From Octopus sinensis (Eukaryota), in contig NC_043018.1 of the NCBI RefSeq assembly GCF_006345805.1, positions 6,634,001 to 6,698,000 of the forward strand: 64,000 bases of DNA, read 5' to 3'. The notes under the pieces are model-generated. The model had not been told where the DNA came from and ran no database searches. It worked only from the letters and a program-made list of their open reading frames with translations. The position numbers and the translations under genes were made by a program. Position 1 is the stretch's first letter, and each line of letters starts with the position of its first letter. Below are positions 1-11,474 of this stretch, one piece after another.

Positions 1-486
1 TCAGTCCCACTGCATGGCACACACACACACATTGCATGCTTTCATCTTCATAAGAGCAGGTTGTGCGGTTTGAGGAAGATTTAGCTGCTGTTTCTTGCAG
101 ATTCAGACTATGTTAATCAGAAGTGTCAGCCTTCAAGAGCATGTCTGTTTATCTCTTGTAAGGAAAATTTTAAGGGAAAAATTAACGTATATTTAAGTTG
201 ACAAATTTCTGGGTATATTGCATGCAATCATACAAAGCGACATTAATTAAAATGTTACTCTGCATTAACGAATTAATCATTTTATTATAATTTTTCGAAT
301 ACCGAAATGCCAACCATACTAGAAAGTGGATTCGATAGTTAACAGCAATTATTTCTTGACGAAGATGGAAGCTTTTCTATTTTAGCATTTGGTTTACAAG
401 ATTCTTGATGTGAACTTTTCTCTTGAAGCGTATTAAGTTGTGTTTCAGGATAGCCATTATGTGTGTGTGTGTGTGTATTTGAAGAA

Positions 487-623
487 ACTCTTTACTCTTT
501 TACTTCTTTCAGTCATTTAGTCGAGCAAATCGACCCCAGGACTTATTCTTTGTAAGCCTAGTACTTATTCTATCGGTCTCTTTTGCTGAACTGCTAAGTT
601 AAGGGGACGTAAACACACCAGCA
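487..623 (-). mobile_element. tRNA-derived SINE family A, 3' fragment
   Basis: Matches the tail half of the full copies at 660-1058, 20592-20999 and 36021-36430. Confidence 0.8.
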
Positions 624-659
624 TGGAAAAAGAGTTATTAAAAGATTGATACAGGAATT

Positions 660-1058
660 ACTCTTTACTCTTTTCCTTGTTTCAGTCATTTGACTGTGGT
701 CATACTGGAGCACCACCTTTAGTCAAGCAAATCAACCCCAGGAATTATTCTTTGTAAGCCTAGTACTTATTCTATTGGTTTCTTTTGCTGAGCTGCTAAG
801 TTACGGGGACGTAAACACACCAGCATCGGTTGTCAAGCGATGTTGGGGGGGACAAACACAGACACACAAACATATACACACACACACACACACACATATA
901 CGACGGGCTTCTTTTAGTTTCTGTCTACCAAATCCACTCACAAGGCTTTGGTCAACCTGAGGCTACAGTAGAAGACACTTGCCCAAGATGCCACGCGTTG
1001 GGACTGAACTGGAACCATGTGGCTGGTAAGCAAGCTACTTACCACACAGCCACTCCTG
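660..1058 (-). mobile_element. tRNA-derived SINE family A, full length
   Basis: Reverse complement starts caggagtggctgtgtggtaagtagc (A box), has a ggttcagtccc-type B box, a central (TA/TG) microsatellite and an (aaagagta)n tail; many copies in the window. Confidence 0.9.
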
Positions 1059-1534
1059 GAAAACAATGACTAAAAAATTAAAAATAATAAATTAAACTCG
1101 TTAGAACAACCAGTGAACTCATTCTTTTTCTTTTTCCAAATAAACCTAACTGTACCAAGGGCCTTACAGATTTTCCAATATATAGGTAGACAGATAGATA
1201 GAAAGACAGATAGACAGACATACAATATTCTTGTTATTTTTCTTATTGCTCCCTGTCCATATCTATAACTTCACAACAGAATTTGTCTCTCACCATTCCT
1301 GCCCAGCGGCTTAAACTTATGGTCACTAACAACATGCTGTATCATATCCAAGTGAAACAGAGTTCATTTAATGAGATAGCCCTTATTATATCACCTGATG
1401 AGATGCACCACAACAAGTAGTATACTTTCACATCCCTGAGGAATTGATGCAAGATGTGTTAAAACGATTGTTGTGAGAAATAAAGTTTCCCGTGTATTCC
1501 ATTTTCCATCTCTATCATTTGTGTTATACATCTA

Positions 1535-1684
<150 letters not shown>

Positions 1685-1903
1685 GGTTAGTTGTCGGAGC
1701 ACTGCATCCTTCAAAACTTCCATGCTTCCTGAGATTCGCCAACACTACACCTGATTTTCTCCCCTCCATACACACACAAGCATGTATCTGACTCATACAC
1801 TGTTCACTTCCCAGACATTTGTACATTACTGCAAATACTTTATACGCACTTTTGACAAGTTGTGGCACCTGAGCACTGTATACAATAATTTCCTTATTAT
1901 TAT

Positions 1904-2131
1904 TACAAGGGGGTGCTGAAAAGTTCTCGGATTTAAGGGTATCATTAAAAGCAGTTGAAGGCCCTACCCTCTAAGTTCTTTTACAGGGCTTAGAAAAACT
2001 GAAGGGCAGCTGCAATAATTGTGTGAAGTGTGAATCTGAGAGGGGAATATGTTGAACAAAATTATTATTAACAGGTCCTCCTATATTTTTTTCTTACCCC
2101 CAAACCAGAAACTTTTCAGTGTCTCCTTGTA
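1904..2131 (+). mobile_element. Mariner-derived MITE
   Basis: Imperfect TIRs tacaagggggtgctgaaaagtt / aacttttcagtgtctccttgta with TA ends. The interior encodes FLQGLEKLKGSCNNCV...LRGEYVEQN, resembling the mariner transposase C-terminus. Confidence 0.8.
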
Positions 2132-2223
2132 TCCATTGTCTTGGCTGGTTACATTGGGGAATCCAGCTTGAAAGTGTAATGACAGTTACTTGTGCTAGGA
2201 CCCCAAGGAAGATGTAACTGAAG

Positions 2224-2722
2224 ATTGTAAAAGAGACTGGGCATTGGAGAGAGAATCACTGATAAGAGCGATGTTGTCAGCAGAGTCAGTGTCTGTTAAG
2301 TGTCCTGCTGGGTGTCTGGAACTTCTATTAGGTTTTATTTTAAGGCCCTTACCAGAAATGGTATCAACTGACATACGTAGCACATATATTTCTTTAATGC
2401 CCACAAGGAGCTAAACATAGAGAAGACAAACAGGGACAGACAAAGTGACTAAGTCAATTACATCGACCCTAGTGCGAAACTGGTACTTTATTTATCGACC
2501 CCAAAAGGATGAAAGGCAAAGTCGACCTCGGCGAAATTTTGAACTCAGAACGTAAAGACAGATGAAATACGGCTAAGCATTTCGCCCGGCGCAGTAACGA
2601 GTCTGCCAGCTCGCCGCCACACGTAGCACATAGTCAACGACAATGATGAAGAGAAATGGGGCGAGTGTGTCTCCCTGCAGTATTCTGGCTTTGATTGAGA
2701 AAGATGATGTCATCCAACCAAA
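2224..2722 (-). mobile_element. RTE-clade LINE reverse transcriptase fragment (inverted part, split by a SINE)
   Basis: Minus-strand translation ILQGDTLAPFLFIIVVDYVLR / MSVDTISGKGLKIKPNRSSRHPAGHLTDTDSADNIALISDSL contains the QGD motif and a degenerate FADD motif. Confidence 0.9.
2387..2620 (-). mobile_element. tRNA-derived SINE family B with 12-bp TSD
   Basis: Same family as 60840-61072. Flanked by acgtagcacata at 2375-2386 and 2621-2632. Confidence 0.92.
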
Positions 2723-2943
2723 GTACAAATATATGGGAAATTACCACCTGTATCATCTCTTGTAAAAGGTAGAAGAGTCCAGTTTGCTGGACATTGTTGT
2801 AGAGCCAAAAACGATGTAATTTCTACTCTTCTCTTCTGGAATCCATCTACTCGCGATACCAGAGGGCGCACACTCTCCTACCCTAATGGCGTAACATAGT
2901 AAATCCCATTGTCTCGACCACGGTCAAACAATGATGATGAGGG
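2723..2943 (+). mobile_element. RTE LINE 3' segment with internal deletion and (GAT)n tail
   Basis: HPTKVQIYGKLPPVSSLVKGRRVQFAGHCCRAKNDVISTLLFW is the typical RTE post-RT region; ends caatgatgatga. Confidence 0.85.
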
Positions 2944-3132
2944 ATCAGGGCATATGTTGATAAGCTCTGGTCAGAGCTTAGGCAAGTAGGGTTCTCGTGG
3001 ATATATCCCATTTGAACAAGGTTGATGATAGGAGAGGAAACAAGGTAGGTGACTATGATTTTTCCCTTAAAAAAGCAATCCCTCCCCCAAACAAGCACCT
3101 TTGCCCCTCCACTGCCATTGTGTATACTCTGG

Positions 3133-3253
3133 CAGACCAGAGTATACACAACAGGACCTCCCTAACAGGACCTCCCTAATGCTATGATGGACCATGAGGT
3201 CTGGCGTAACATAGTAAGTTCCATTGTCTTGACCACAGTCGAACAATGATGAT
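3133..3253 (+). mobile_element. Second RTE 3' end with (GAT)n tail
   Basis: Encodes ...DLPNAMMDHEVWRNIVSSIVLTTVEQ*; duplicates 2890-2943; followed by the TSD copy. Confidence 0.85.
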
Positions 3254-3624
3254 GATGTAACTGAAGTCTCTTCCTCCCCAATTCTTCCAGGAAAAGTCGA
3301 TGGAGACAAAGGATGGATGAGTAGATAATTTATGGAACAAAGGACGTGGTTCTCCTCTTCGGCATAATTAGGACATGTTTTTGCATTGCGTACAAAGGAG
3401 ATTCTGATTATGAAACTTAGAGTATATTTTCTGTTTTGCATTAAGTTAAGATACAAATGGATGTATTTTGTCTTTTTTCCAATCCTGAGAATTTGCATTT
3501 CTGACATGGACACAGGTAGAAACTGCCATTTTTCACCATCTTTAAATGATTCCGATCTGTTTTTCTTTTTTTTCTTAGTTGTTATAGTTTACATTATTTC
3601 AACACACTCATGCTCAAAGACATG

Positions 3625-3804
3625 TGTTTACACACACACATAAGCATACATATATGCAAGTGCTTTTATATGTGCGTGTGTGTGTATGTATGTGTATACA
3701 TATATATATATATAAATATATATGCATATATAGATGAATACATACTTACACACACACATATAGTATGTGTGTATATGTGTGTGCGTGTGTGTGTATGCAT
3801 GTGT

Positions 3805-3845
<41 letters not shown>

Positions 3846-4179
3846 TATAATATATATAAATATATATGTATAAATAAATACATACATACACACACACACA
3901 ATATAGTATGTGTGTATATGTGTGTGTGTGTGTGTGTAAATATGTATATGTATACATACATATATATTATATATATATATTATATTATATATATATATAA
4001 ATGTATATGTATTATAGATGAATACATACATACATATGCATATATAAATACATACACACACACAGATATATAGTATGTGTGTATATATGTGTGTGTGTGT
4101 GTGTGTGTGTAAATATGTATATGTATAAATATATATGTATATATAGATGAATACATACATACACTTATATAGTACGTGA

Positions 4180-4249
<70 letters not shown>

Positions 4250-4343
4250 GTATACATATATATATATAAATATACATGTATGTATAGATGAATACATACA
4301 TATGCATATATAAATACATACATACACACACACATATATAGTA

Positions 4344-4388
<45 letters not shown>

Positions 4389-4392
4389 ATTT
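3625..4392. repeat. Compound (TA)/(TG)/(CA) microsatellite with a ~4x higher-order unit
   Basis: Recurrent tagatgaatacatac...atagtatgtgtgtatatg blocks. Confidence 0.85.
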
Positions 4393-4804
4393 ATAGTCAC
4401 GTGTTATGGAAATTTTGTTTTCAGGCTTTATATTTTCCTTCTTTGGGATTAACCATTCTGCATATTTGCATTCATTGCCTTTCATCACACACACACACAC
4501 ACACACACACACGGTTGATAGCAAAGAGAAGAAGAAGAAGGAAAATCGAAGAACTTCCATAACATCTGACTTTCAACTTTGACTGATGGCTTTCATCGCA
4601 GCAAATAAACAGGAAAAGAATTGAGCAGACCCAAAATTCTTTCGGTCCCCACAAAGCAACTCTTATTTTCTAATCTTTCGTCTTTTAATCGTTTCAGTCA
4701 TTAGACTGCGGCCATGCTGGGGCACCACCTCAAAGAATTATAATTGAATGAATTGATCCAGGACTTGATTTTTTTTTTCCATTTTTAAGCCTGACATTTA
4801 TTGC

Positions 4805-5131
4805 ATTGGTGCCAGAGGCACATAAAAAGCCCCACCCGAATGTGGCCGATGCCAGTGCCACCTTGACTGACTTCTGTGCCGGTCACATGTAAAAAGCACC
4901 AACTAATCGTGGCCACTGCCAGCCTCCCCTGGCACCTGTGCCGGTGGAACGTAAAAAGCACCCACTATACTCATGGAGTGATTGGCGTTAGGAAAGGCAT
5001 CCAGCTGTAGAAACACTGCCAGATCAAGATTAGAGCCTGGTGCAGCCTCCTGACTTCCCAGATCCCGGTCGAACCGTCCAACCCTTGCTAGCACGGAAAA
5101 TGGACGTTATATGATGATGATGATGATGATG
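4805..5131 (+). mobile_element. RTE-type 3' UTR retroposon (family C), 5'-truncated
   Basis: ggcgttaggaaaggcatccagctgtagaaac...catgatgatgat tail. The same UTR is joined to the RTE ORF2 C-terminus at 49.1-49.4 kb and 63.6-63.9 kb. Confidence 0.85.
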
Positions 5132-5254
5132 TTTCTCTTTTTGATCTTTTTGAACCGCTAAATTATGGGAATGTAAACAAACCAGCACTGGTTGTCATGC
5201 AGTGGTAGGGGACAAATACAGGCACACACACACACACACACACAATGAACCTAT

Positions 5255-5505
5255 AAAAAGGTAAAGACCCCCATCAGTCATGGATGACCATGGGATTGCA
5301 CCTAGAAAGTTACCCTCCGAGGCACCAGTCTGGGCAAGGTTGTTTTATGGAAGACCAGCAGTCGCCCATGCATACTAGCCAGCCTCCCCACCCCATACCA
5401 TCTGAGACGGATAGGACAAAGTGCGAAAAAAAAAAAACCTTCAGTAATGAATGACCATGGGATTGCACCTAGAAAGTTACTTTCCAAGGTACAAGTCCCG
5501 GCAAG
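5255..5505. mobile_element. SINE fragment (family D2 distal part), internally duplicated
   Basis: gaccatgggattgcacctagaaagttac occurs twice; also found at 53320-53490 and inverted at 56380-56480. Confidence 0.7.
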
Positions 5506-5582
5506 GACTTAATGCACCGATTATTGTAGAAATTCTAAGTTTTTAAGTTCCACATTCAGGTTATTCATTATTATTATTATCA

Positions 5583-6445
5583 TTCTATGTTTGACTTTTG
5601 CTTTATGTCTGTACAAGTTGGCTCCAAGTCTCACCCAGAGACCTCAAGAGACAACAGGCTGGAAGTTCTGTGCCATATATTTGGGGGTTTTTTTGTTGTT
5701 TTTTTTGGTGTTGTACTAGTGAATGTCTAATACATAAAAATAAAATTAAAATAAAAAATTTAAAAAAATAAAAAATAAAAAATTAAAATTAAAATAAAAA
5801 AAAGTTTGTTTTAAACCTTGGGATTACATAGAGAGTATTTTGCGTAGGATATGAGCAGTTCCCATGAGCACTATCTTTTGAATTTCTGCCATTTTGGGGT
5901 TTCCTGGTATCTGAGTTAGGTAGCAATCAGTCCCTTTCGCTATCATTCCAAGGCACCTATGACAACAGGTATTGTTTTAGTCTTCAGCTTCCACATTTTG
6001 CTGATTTCTATTTCAAGATCTTTATATTTGCTCAGTTTTTGGTAGGTCTTGACAGATATGTTTATATCGATTGGGACAGTCATATCAATGAGGAGGCATG
6101 TTTTTTGTCTGGAGTCTTTTACTATGATGTCTGGCTTATTTGCATCTATCTTCCTGTCAGTTTGAATGGTGAAGTTCCAGAGGAGTGAGATGTGGTCATT
6201 TTCAAGCATTGGAGGTGGATTGTGTTCCCACCAGTTTTTTCATGGGGCACATCCAGGGTTTTGCGAATTACCCAGTGAATATATTGTGCAGCTCTATCAT
6301 GCCTATTGAGGTACTCTGTAGGCGCTAGAAGACTGCACTTGGAGACCACATGATCAATGGTTTCATTTTGTTGTTGGCATACACGACATGTTGGGCTACT
6401 GCCGTTCTTTAATATGTTGGCCTGGTAGTTTCTTGTTGGTAGGCA
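5583..6445 (-). mobile_element. R4/Dong-like non-LTR retrotransposon 3' fragment (CCHC zinc knuckle, RLE endonuclease, 3' UTR)
   Basis: CRVCQQQNETIDHVVSKC (CCHC), EYLNRHD, WNFTIQTDRKIDANKPDII...LLIDMTVP (PD-(D/E)xK) and end EIQKIVLMGTAHILRKILSM*. Frameshift near 6240. Confidence 0.92.
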
Positions 6446-6454
6446 TTGATCTTA

Positions 6455-6532
<78 letters not shown>
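6446..6532. repeat. (ATT)n microsatellite
   Basis: Directly visible. Confidence 0.97.
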
Positions 6533-6533
<1 letters not shown>

Positions 6534-6807
6534 GTTTTTTCCTTCTTTCTTCAAATTTTCTTCCGTTTCTCGCCGAGTGTTTTCCATACACCTAGGGCAG
6601 AGAAGGACATTGTGCGCATTCCCAGATTATACGCGCAAATTCACAGATAAAATATATATTAAAAAATTAACAAATAAATAAATTCATGGATGTATGTTGT
6701 TTTCACAGCGATAATGCTCTTCTCAGTACATGAGCCGTTCCAGTTAATACGATTTTTTGCACTTCCTGTATCAAGCCTGGTATCATTTTCAAATAGGTTT
6801 CAGTACC

Positions 6808-6808
<1 letters not shown>
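6533..6808 (-). mobile_element. Second R4/Dong-like 3' end
   Basis: Minus strand encodes GTETYLKMIPGLIQEVQKIVLTGTAHVLRRALSL* followed by a UTR; homologous to 37520-37850. Confidence 0.8.
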
Positions 6809-6867
<59 letters not shown>

Positions 6868-6884
6868 CATTATTATTATCATTG

Positions 6885-7050
6885 TTATCTGGCAGAATCG
6901 TTACCATGCTGGCTGAAATGCCCAGTGGCCTTTCATCCATCTTAACAGACTGAGTTCAAATTCCGTTATGGTTGACTTTGCCTTTCATCCCTTCAGGGTC
7001 AATAAAGTAAGTACCAGTTGAACACTGTGATCGATGTCATTGACTTTTCT
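6885..7050 (+). mobile_element. SINE family B, diverged
   Basis: ctggcagaatcgttacc...gttgactttgcctttcatcccttcagggtcaataaagtaagtaccag. Confidence 0.8.
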
Positions 7051-7061
7051 CCTCGCATGAA

Positions 7062-7292
7062 AGTGCATTCACCCATGCATACCAGCCTCCCCTCTCTATG
7101 CCACTGATGTTATCCTATAGAAAGGTAAAGGCTGATACAGCTTTGCAATTCATTTCTGCAGCTGAATGAACTGGAGCAACGGAAATAAAGTGTCTTGCTC
7201 AAGAATATAACACACAGCACAGTTTGTGTATTGAACTCACTACCTTATGATTGGGAGCCTGACGCTCTAACCACTGAGCCATGTGCCTTCAG
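7062..7292 (-). mobile_element. tRNA-derived SINE family D2
   Basis: Reverse complement has a ggctcagtggttagagcg head and a cttgagcaagacacttt...gctccagt central domain. Confidence 0.8.
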
Positions 7293-7402
7293 GAACAAAC
7301 CTATAATGACAACTGGAAACAGCTGAAAGTCAAATTTACTACAATAAAGAAAAATATGTGATGACCATTATTTCTGCATTGTCTTGTGTGTGTGTGTGTG
7401 TT

Positions 7403-7434
<32 letters not shown>

Positions 7435-7974
7435 TGTGTTTGTGTGTGTGTGTGTTTGTGTGTGTGTGTCAAAGCCTCTGACATAAACAAACACCAGTTA
7501 AGCACTGAAAACAAACGATGGATGGCTTAACGGCCCTTACCATTTGTTTTCACTGTCCTGTTTTTCTTACCAGCTTTGATCCTCTGCAAATCCCAAATTT
7601 TATTTAATTTGCTTTGCAGAAGCAACTGTTTTGACAAAGACACATCTTGTCCTAATGCTCGAAATGCGGAGTAGATAAAACAGTGGACAACTGATGAAGG
7701 GATTATTCGTTATGTCTTGTTTTTCCATTTGTTTCTTTTATTGTGCATAAAAAATGTTCGTTTTCCATGTTTTCATATTTCATGTTCTTTTTTTTATGTT
7801 TACATTTTTTGATGTCCTGTACCTATATATGCACGTGCATATACATATATATGTAAGTATGTACATTTATGTATGTATATATGCATATATATATTAATAT
7901 TAGCGGTGGTGCCCCAGCATGGCTGCGGCCTTCGGGCTAAATCATTTTTAAGGACTTAAGGATATATTATTAGT

Positions 7975-8009
7975 ATTTTATATATGTATATATATATATA
8001 TAAATCATT

Positions 8010-8076
<67 letters not shown>

Positions 8077-8157
8077 CATAATTATTTTCTATAATACTAC
8101 GATCATAAAAGATATATATATAATCATATATATATATATATATATCATTATCATTAT

Positions 8158-8211
<54 letters not shown>

Positions 8212-8217
8212 CATTAT

Positions 8218-8277
<60 letters not shown>

Positions 8278-8278
8278 G
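7975..8278. repeat. (AT)n-rich low-complexity tract
   Basis: Directly visible. Confidence 0.9.
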
Positions 8279-8869
8279 ATGGGTTTCTCTCAGTTTCTGT
8301 CTGCCAAACCCACTCATGAGGCTTCTCCAGCTTGAAGCTATAGAAGACATTTGCCCAAGGTTCCACACAGTGGCACTGAACCCAGAACCATTCAGTAGAA
8401 TGTAAGTCCAAATATAATTTGAATCCCATTTTTAACCTCCTAAAAATTCATTTTCTCTGCAAATCATTCCCTGGACTTGAAATCAGTGGTACAATAAAGG
8501 AGGGGAGTGGGCATATATGTCATCACATATTCTATTGCTGAAGTTAAAGAGAAAGTTCAAGATGACTTTTGATAAAGAGGGAAATCCAATATCTTATAGT
8601 TACTGAGATGCTTGCTAGGACTTGATTAACGCCCATCTGCAACAAATGAGGCCTGTTGTCGGAAGACCTGAAACCACCAACAACCCTAGGAATATTGCTA
8701 ATGATGCACCCACACAGAATTCAAGTGATACATCTTAAAACTTTTATATAGTGCAAATTTCAACTACATCAACATTATCATAATTTTGATGTCCATATTT
8801 CCATGTTTGCATGGGTTGAATAGAATTAAGCTAGATTTTCTAGATGCTATTCTTGTTGGCAACACTCAC

Positions 8870-8930
8870 CGATTTCCAAGTAAGGTAATATTTCCCTATA
8901 GTCAGGCATGTTTTTGTTTTTCACAAAAGA
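8870..8930 (-). CDS. Candidate 61-bp coding exon (SFVKNKNMPDYREILPYLEI), gene unidentified
   Basis: Acceptor tgttgtttgtttccag, donor ATCG|gtgagt, only one open frame, non-repetitive sequence. No homology recognised. Confidence 0.45.
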
Positions 8931-9263
8931 CTGGAAACAAACAACATTGTTGTAGGATTGATGCACTTTTGCAAGCATCACATGATTCTGTTATATTTCT
9001 GTCCGTCAATAGAGTGGGTATATTATCTGAAGTGTTCAGAATTCCATTATGGCTGATCTTACAATCTCATTATGTAACCCTGCACTCATCAGAGGTAGCC
9101 GATTTGGAATGAAATGTGTGTGTGTGTCTTTGTGTCAGTGTTTGTCCCCCACTAAAGCTTGACAACCAGTGTTGGTTTATTTACATCCCCATAACTTAGT
9201 TCAGCAAAAGAGACCCTTAGAATAAGTACCAGGCTGTAAAAAAGAAAATGCACTGAGGTTGAT

Positions 9264-10100
9264 TCATCATCATCATCATCATCATCGTTTAACGTCCGTT
9301 TTCCGCGCTAGCACAGGTTGGACGGTTCGACCGGGGTCTGGGAAGCCAGGGGCTGCACCAGGCTCCAGTCTGATCTGGCAGTGTTTCTACAGCTGGATGC
9401 CCTTCCTAATGCCAACCACTCCGCGAGTGTAGTGGATACTTTTTACATGCCACCGGCACAGGTGCCAGGGGAGTCTGGCATCGGCCACAATCAGTTGGTG
9501 CTTTTAATGTGCCACCAGCATGGAAGCCAGCCAAGGCGGCGCTGGCATCGGCCACGTTCAGATGGTGGTTTTTACATGCCACCGGCACAGAAGCCAGTCG
9601 AGGCGGAGCTGGCATCAGCCACGTTCGGATGGTGCTTTTTATGTGCCACCAGCACAGAAGCCAGTCGAGGTGGTGCTGGCATCGGCCATGTTCGGATGGT
9701 GCTTTTTATGTGCCACCAGCACAGAAGCCAGTCGAGGCGGCGCTGGCATCAGCCATGTTCGGATGGTGCTTTTTATGTGCCACTAGCACAGAAGCCAGTC
9801 AAGGCGGCACTGGCAACGGTCGCGTTCGGATGGTGCTTTTTATGTACCACCAGCACAGGTATCACATCTACTATCTCCATTGATATTTGTTTCGATGTTC
9901 ATGTACTTGACTCAACAGGTCTCCTCAAGCACAGCGGGATGTTCTGGGATCCAAGGTACTTTGAATGGGCAGGGGCTATGTGGAACTGGTGCAGGAAGCA
10001 GCCCGGGTCTTTGCAGTCACAGCACATCTCCAGAGAACTCGGTCCTTTGCCATTGCCTCAGTGAGGCCCAACGCTCTGAGGTCATGCTTGACTACCTTAG
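9264..10100 (-). mobile_element. RTE 3' UTR retroposon (family C) with internal 67-bp tandem array
   Basis: (CAT)n tail at 9264; ~7 copies of gccaccagcacagaagccagtcgagg...ggatggtgctttttat at 9445-9856; reaches the RTE C-terminal codons near 10050. Confidence 0.88.
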
Positions 10101-10214
10101 TTGACTAAAAATACTTCAAGGCAGTGCCCCAGCATGGCCAGAATTTAATAACTGAGACAAGTAAAAGATAAAAAAATAACAATGTAACAAGTGTATAATT
10201 CAATAAAATAACAA

Positions 10215-10545
10215 ACTAACTGGTACTCCATCGGTTACAACGATGTGGGTTCCGTATGATCCAGTCTAATGAACAGCTTGCTCATGAAATTAATGTACAA
10301 GTGGCTGAGTATTCCATAGACAGGTATATCCTTTAATGTAGTTCTCAGGGAGATTCAGGGTGACACAGAATGTGACAAGGCTGGCCCTTTGAAATACAGG
10401 TACTAGCCATTTTTATCAGCTGAAGTGGACTGGAGTAACATGAAACAAAGTGTCTTGCTCAAGGACGCAACACACCGCTGGGAATTGAACTCATGACGTT
10501 ATGATCATGAGCCGAATACCCTGACTTCTAAGCCTGTGCCTTCAC
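10215..10545 (-). mobile_element. SINE family D2
   Basis: Same central domain as 7062-7292 and 53500-53610. Confidence 0.8.
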
Positions 10546-10585
10546 AGATAAAATAAATAAGATTGAAAAAATGAATGATGGACGT

Positions 10586-10970
10586 TCATTTTAACCCTTA
10601 TCTTAACCTTACTGTTAATCCAAATCAGACTGGTAATCCTCATCCTAATCCTGACTCTAATCCTAATTTTAGTCCTTATCCTAACCCTAGTGTTAATCAT
10701 CATCCTAATCCTAACTTCGATGCCAATCCTAATTTTAATCCTTATCCTAATTTTAACCCTTACCTTAATTTTAGTCCTGACCTAACTCCAAGTAAAATCC
10801 TAATTCTAACTCTGACCCTGCTGTTAATCTTAATCCTAACCCTACTGTTAATCCTGACCTTAATCATAAGCCTAATGTTAATCCTAATCCTAAATATTTC
10901 TCAAAAAAAATGAAAAGTAAATTTAGCCTTGGTGGGATTTGAAATCAGAACATGAGGAATCATTCCACCC
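10586..10970 (-). repeat. Inverted copy of the telomere-like repeat plus SINE fragment (left arm)
   Basis: Reverse complement aligns to 17659-18207 and to each satellite monomer. Confidence 0.9.
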
Positions 10971-11305
10971 AACGATGGACGTCTCAATGAACGATGGACT
11001 TTAAATGATGATGATGATGATGATCGTGATGGAGCTTTCAAAGCAGAGCTGTAGGTGTTCAAATTCAAATGGTGCTACAGAGCTTCCACCCCTTGTCTAT
11101 CGCTCCTCTGTTCCATCACTAAACAAAGCCCTGTTTTAGCATAAAATGAAAACATTAAAGTAACTAGCACAGTTTTATTGTTTTGCAGTAAAAAGACGCG
11201 TATTAATGGCAGGATAACAGCAATTCTTTGTTTCCTAACAATTTTTCCTATGAAATATGAAAAGCAGTTAGCTACCTGAAATCCTTGAAAATACTACTAT
11301 CTCAC

Positions 11306-11347
11306 CTTCATAATTTTGGTTTGATGAAATTTGGTTTTCAAATTGGT
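11306..11347 (-). CDS. Candidate 42-bp exon (TNLKTKFHQTKIMK or xQFENQISSNQNYE)
   Basis: Strong donor AAG|gtgaga, moderate acceptor aaacttcatag. In phase 0 it would join the 8870-8930 exon in frame. Confidence 0.3.
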
Positions 11348-11474
11348 CTATGAAGTTTCATTTGAAGTTATTGTCATGTAGGAATTAAAATAGAACTTTC
11401 AATGCTGTAACGATGTGATTTTTAATAAAATAGAATTTTATTATTCCATTTCTTTTCTATAATACTGCGATCAT

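Noticed and set aside
7640-7720. CTGATGA with flanking ttgtcc/ggacaa pairing (type-III hammerhead-like)
   Set aside because: The position needing GAAA reads GTTA and stem II is poor; the nearby GAAA is on the wrong side.
9318-10064. 248-aa ORF with repeated CHQH/WCFLCAT motifs
   Set aside because: Antisense read-through of the RTE 3' UTR 67-bp array.
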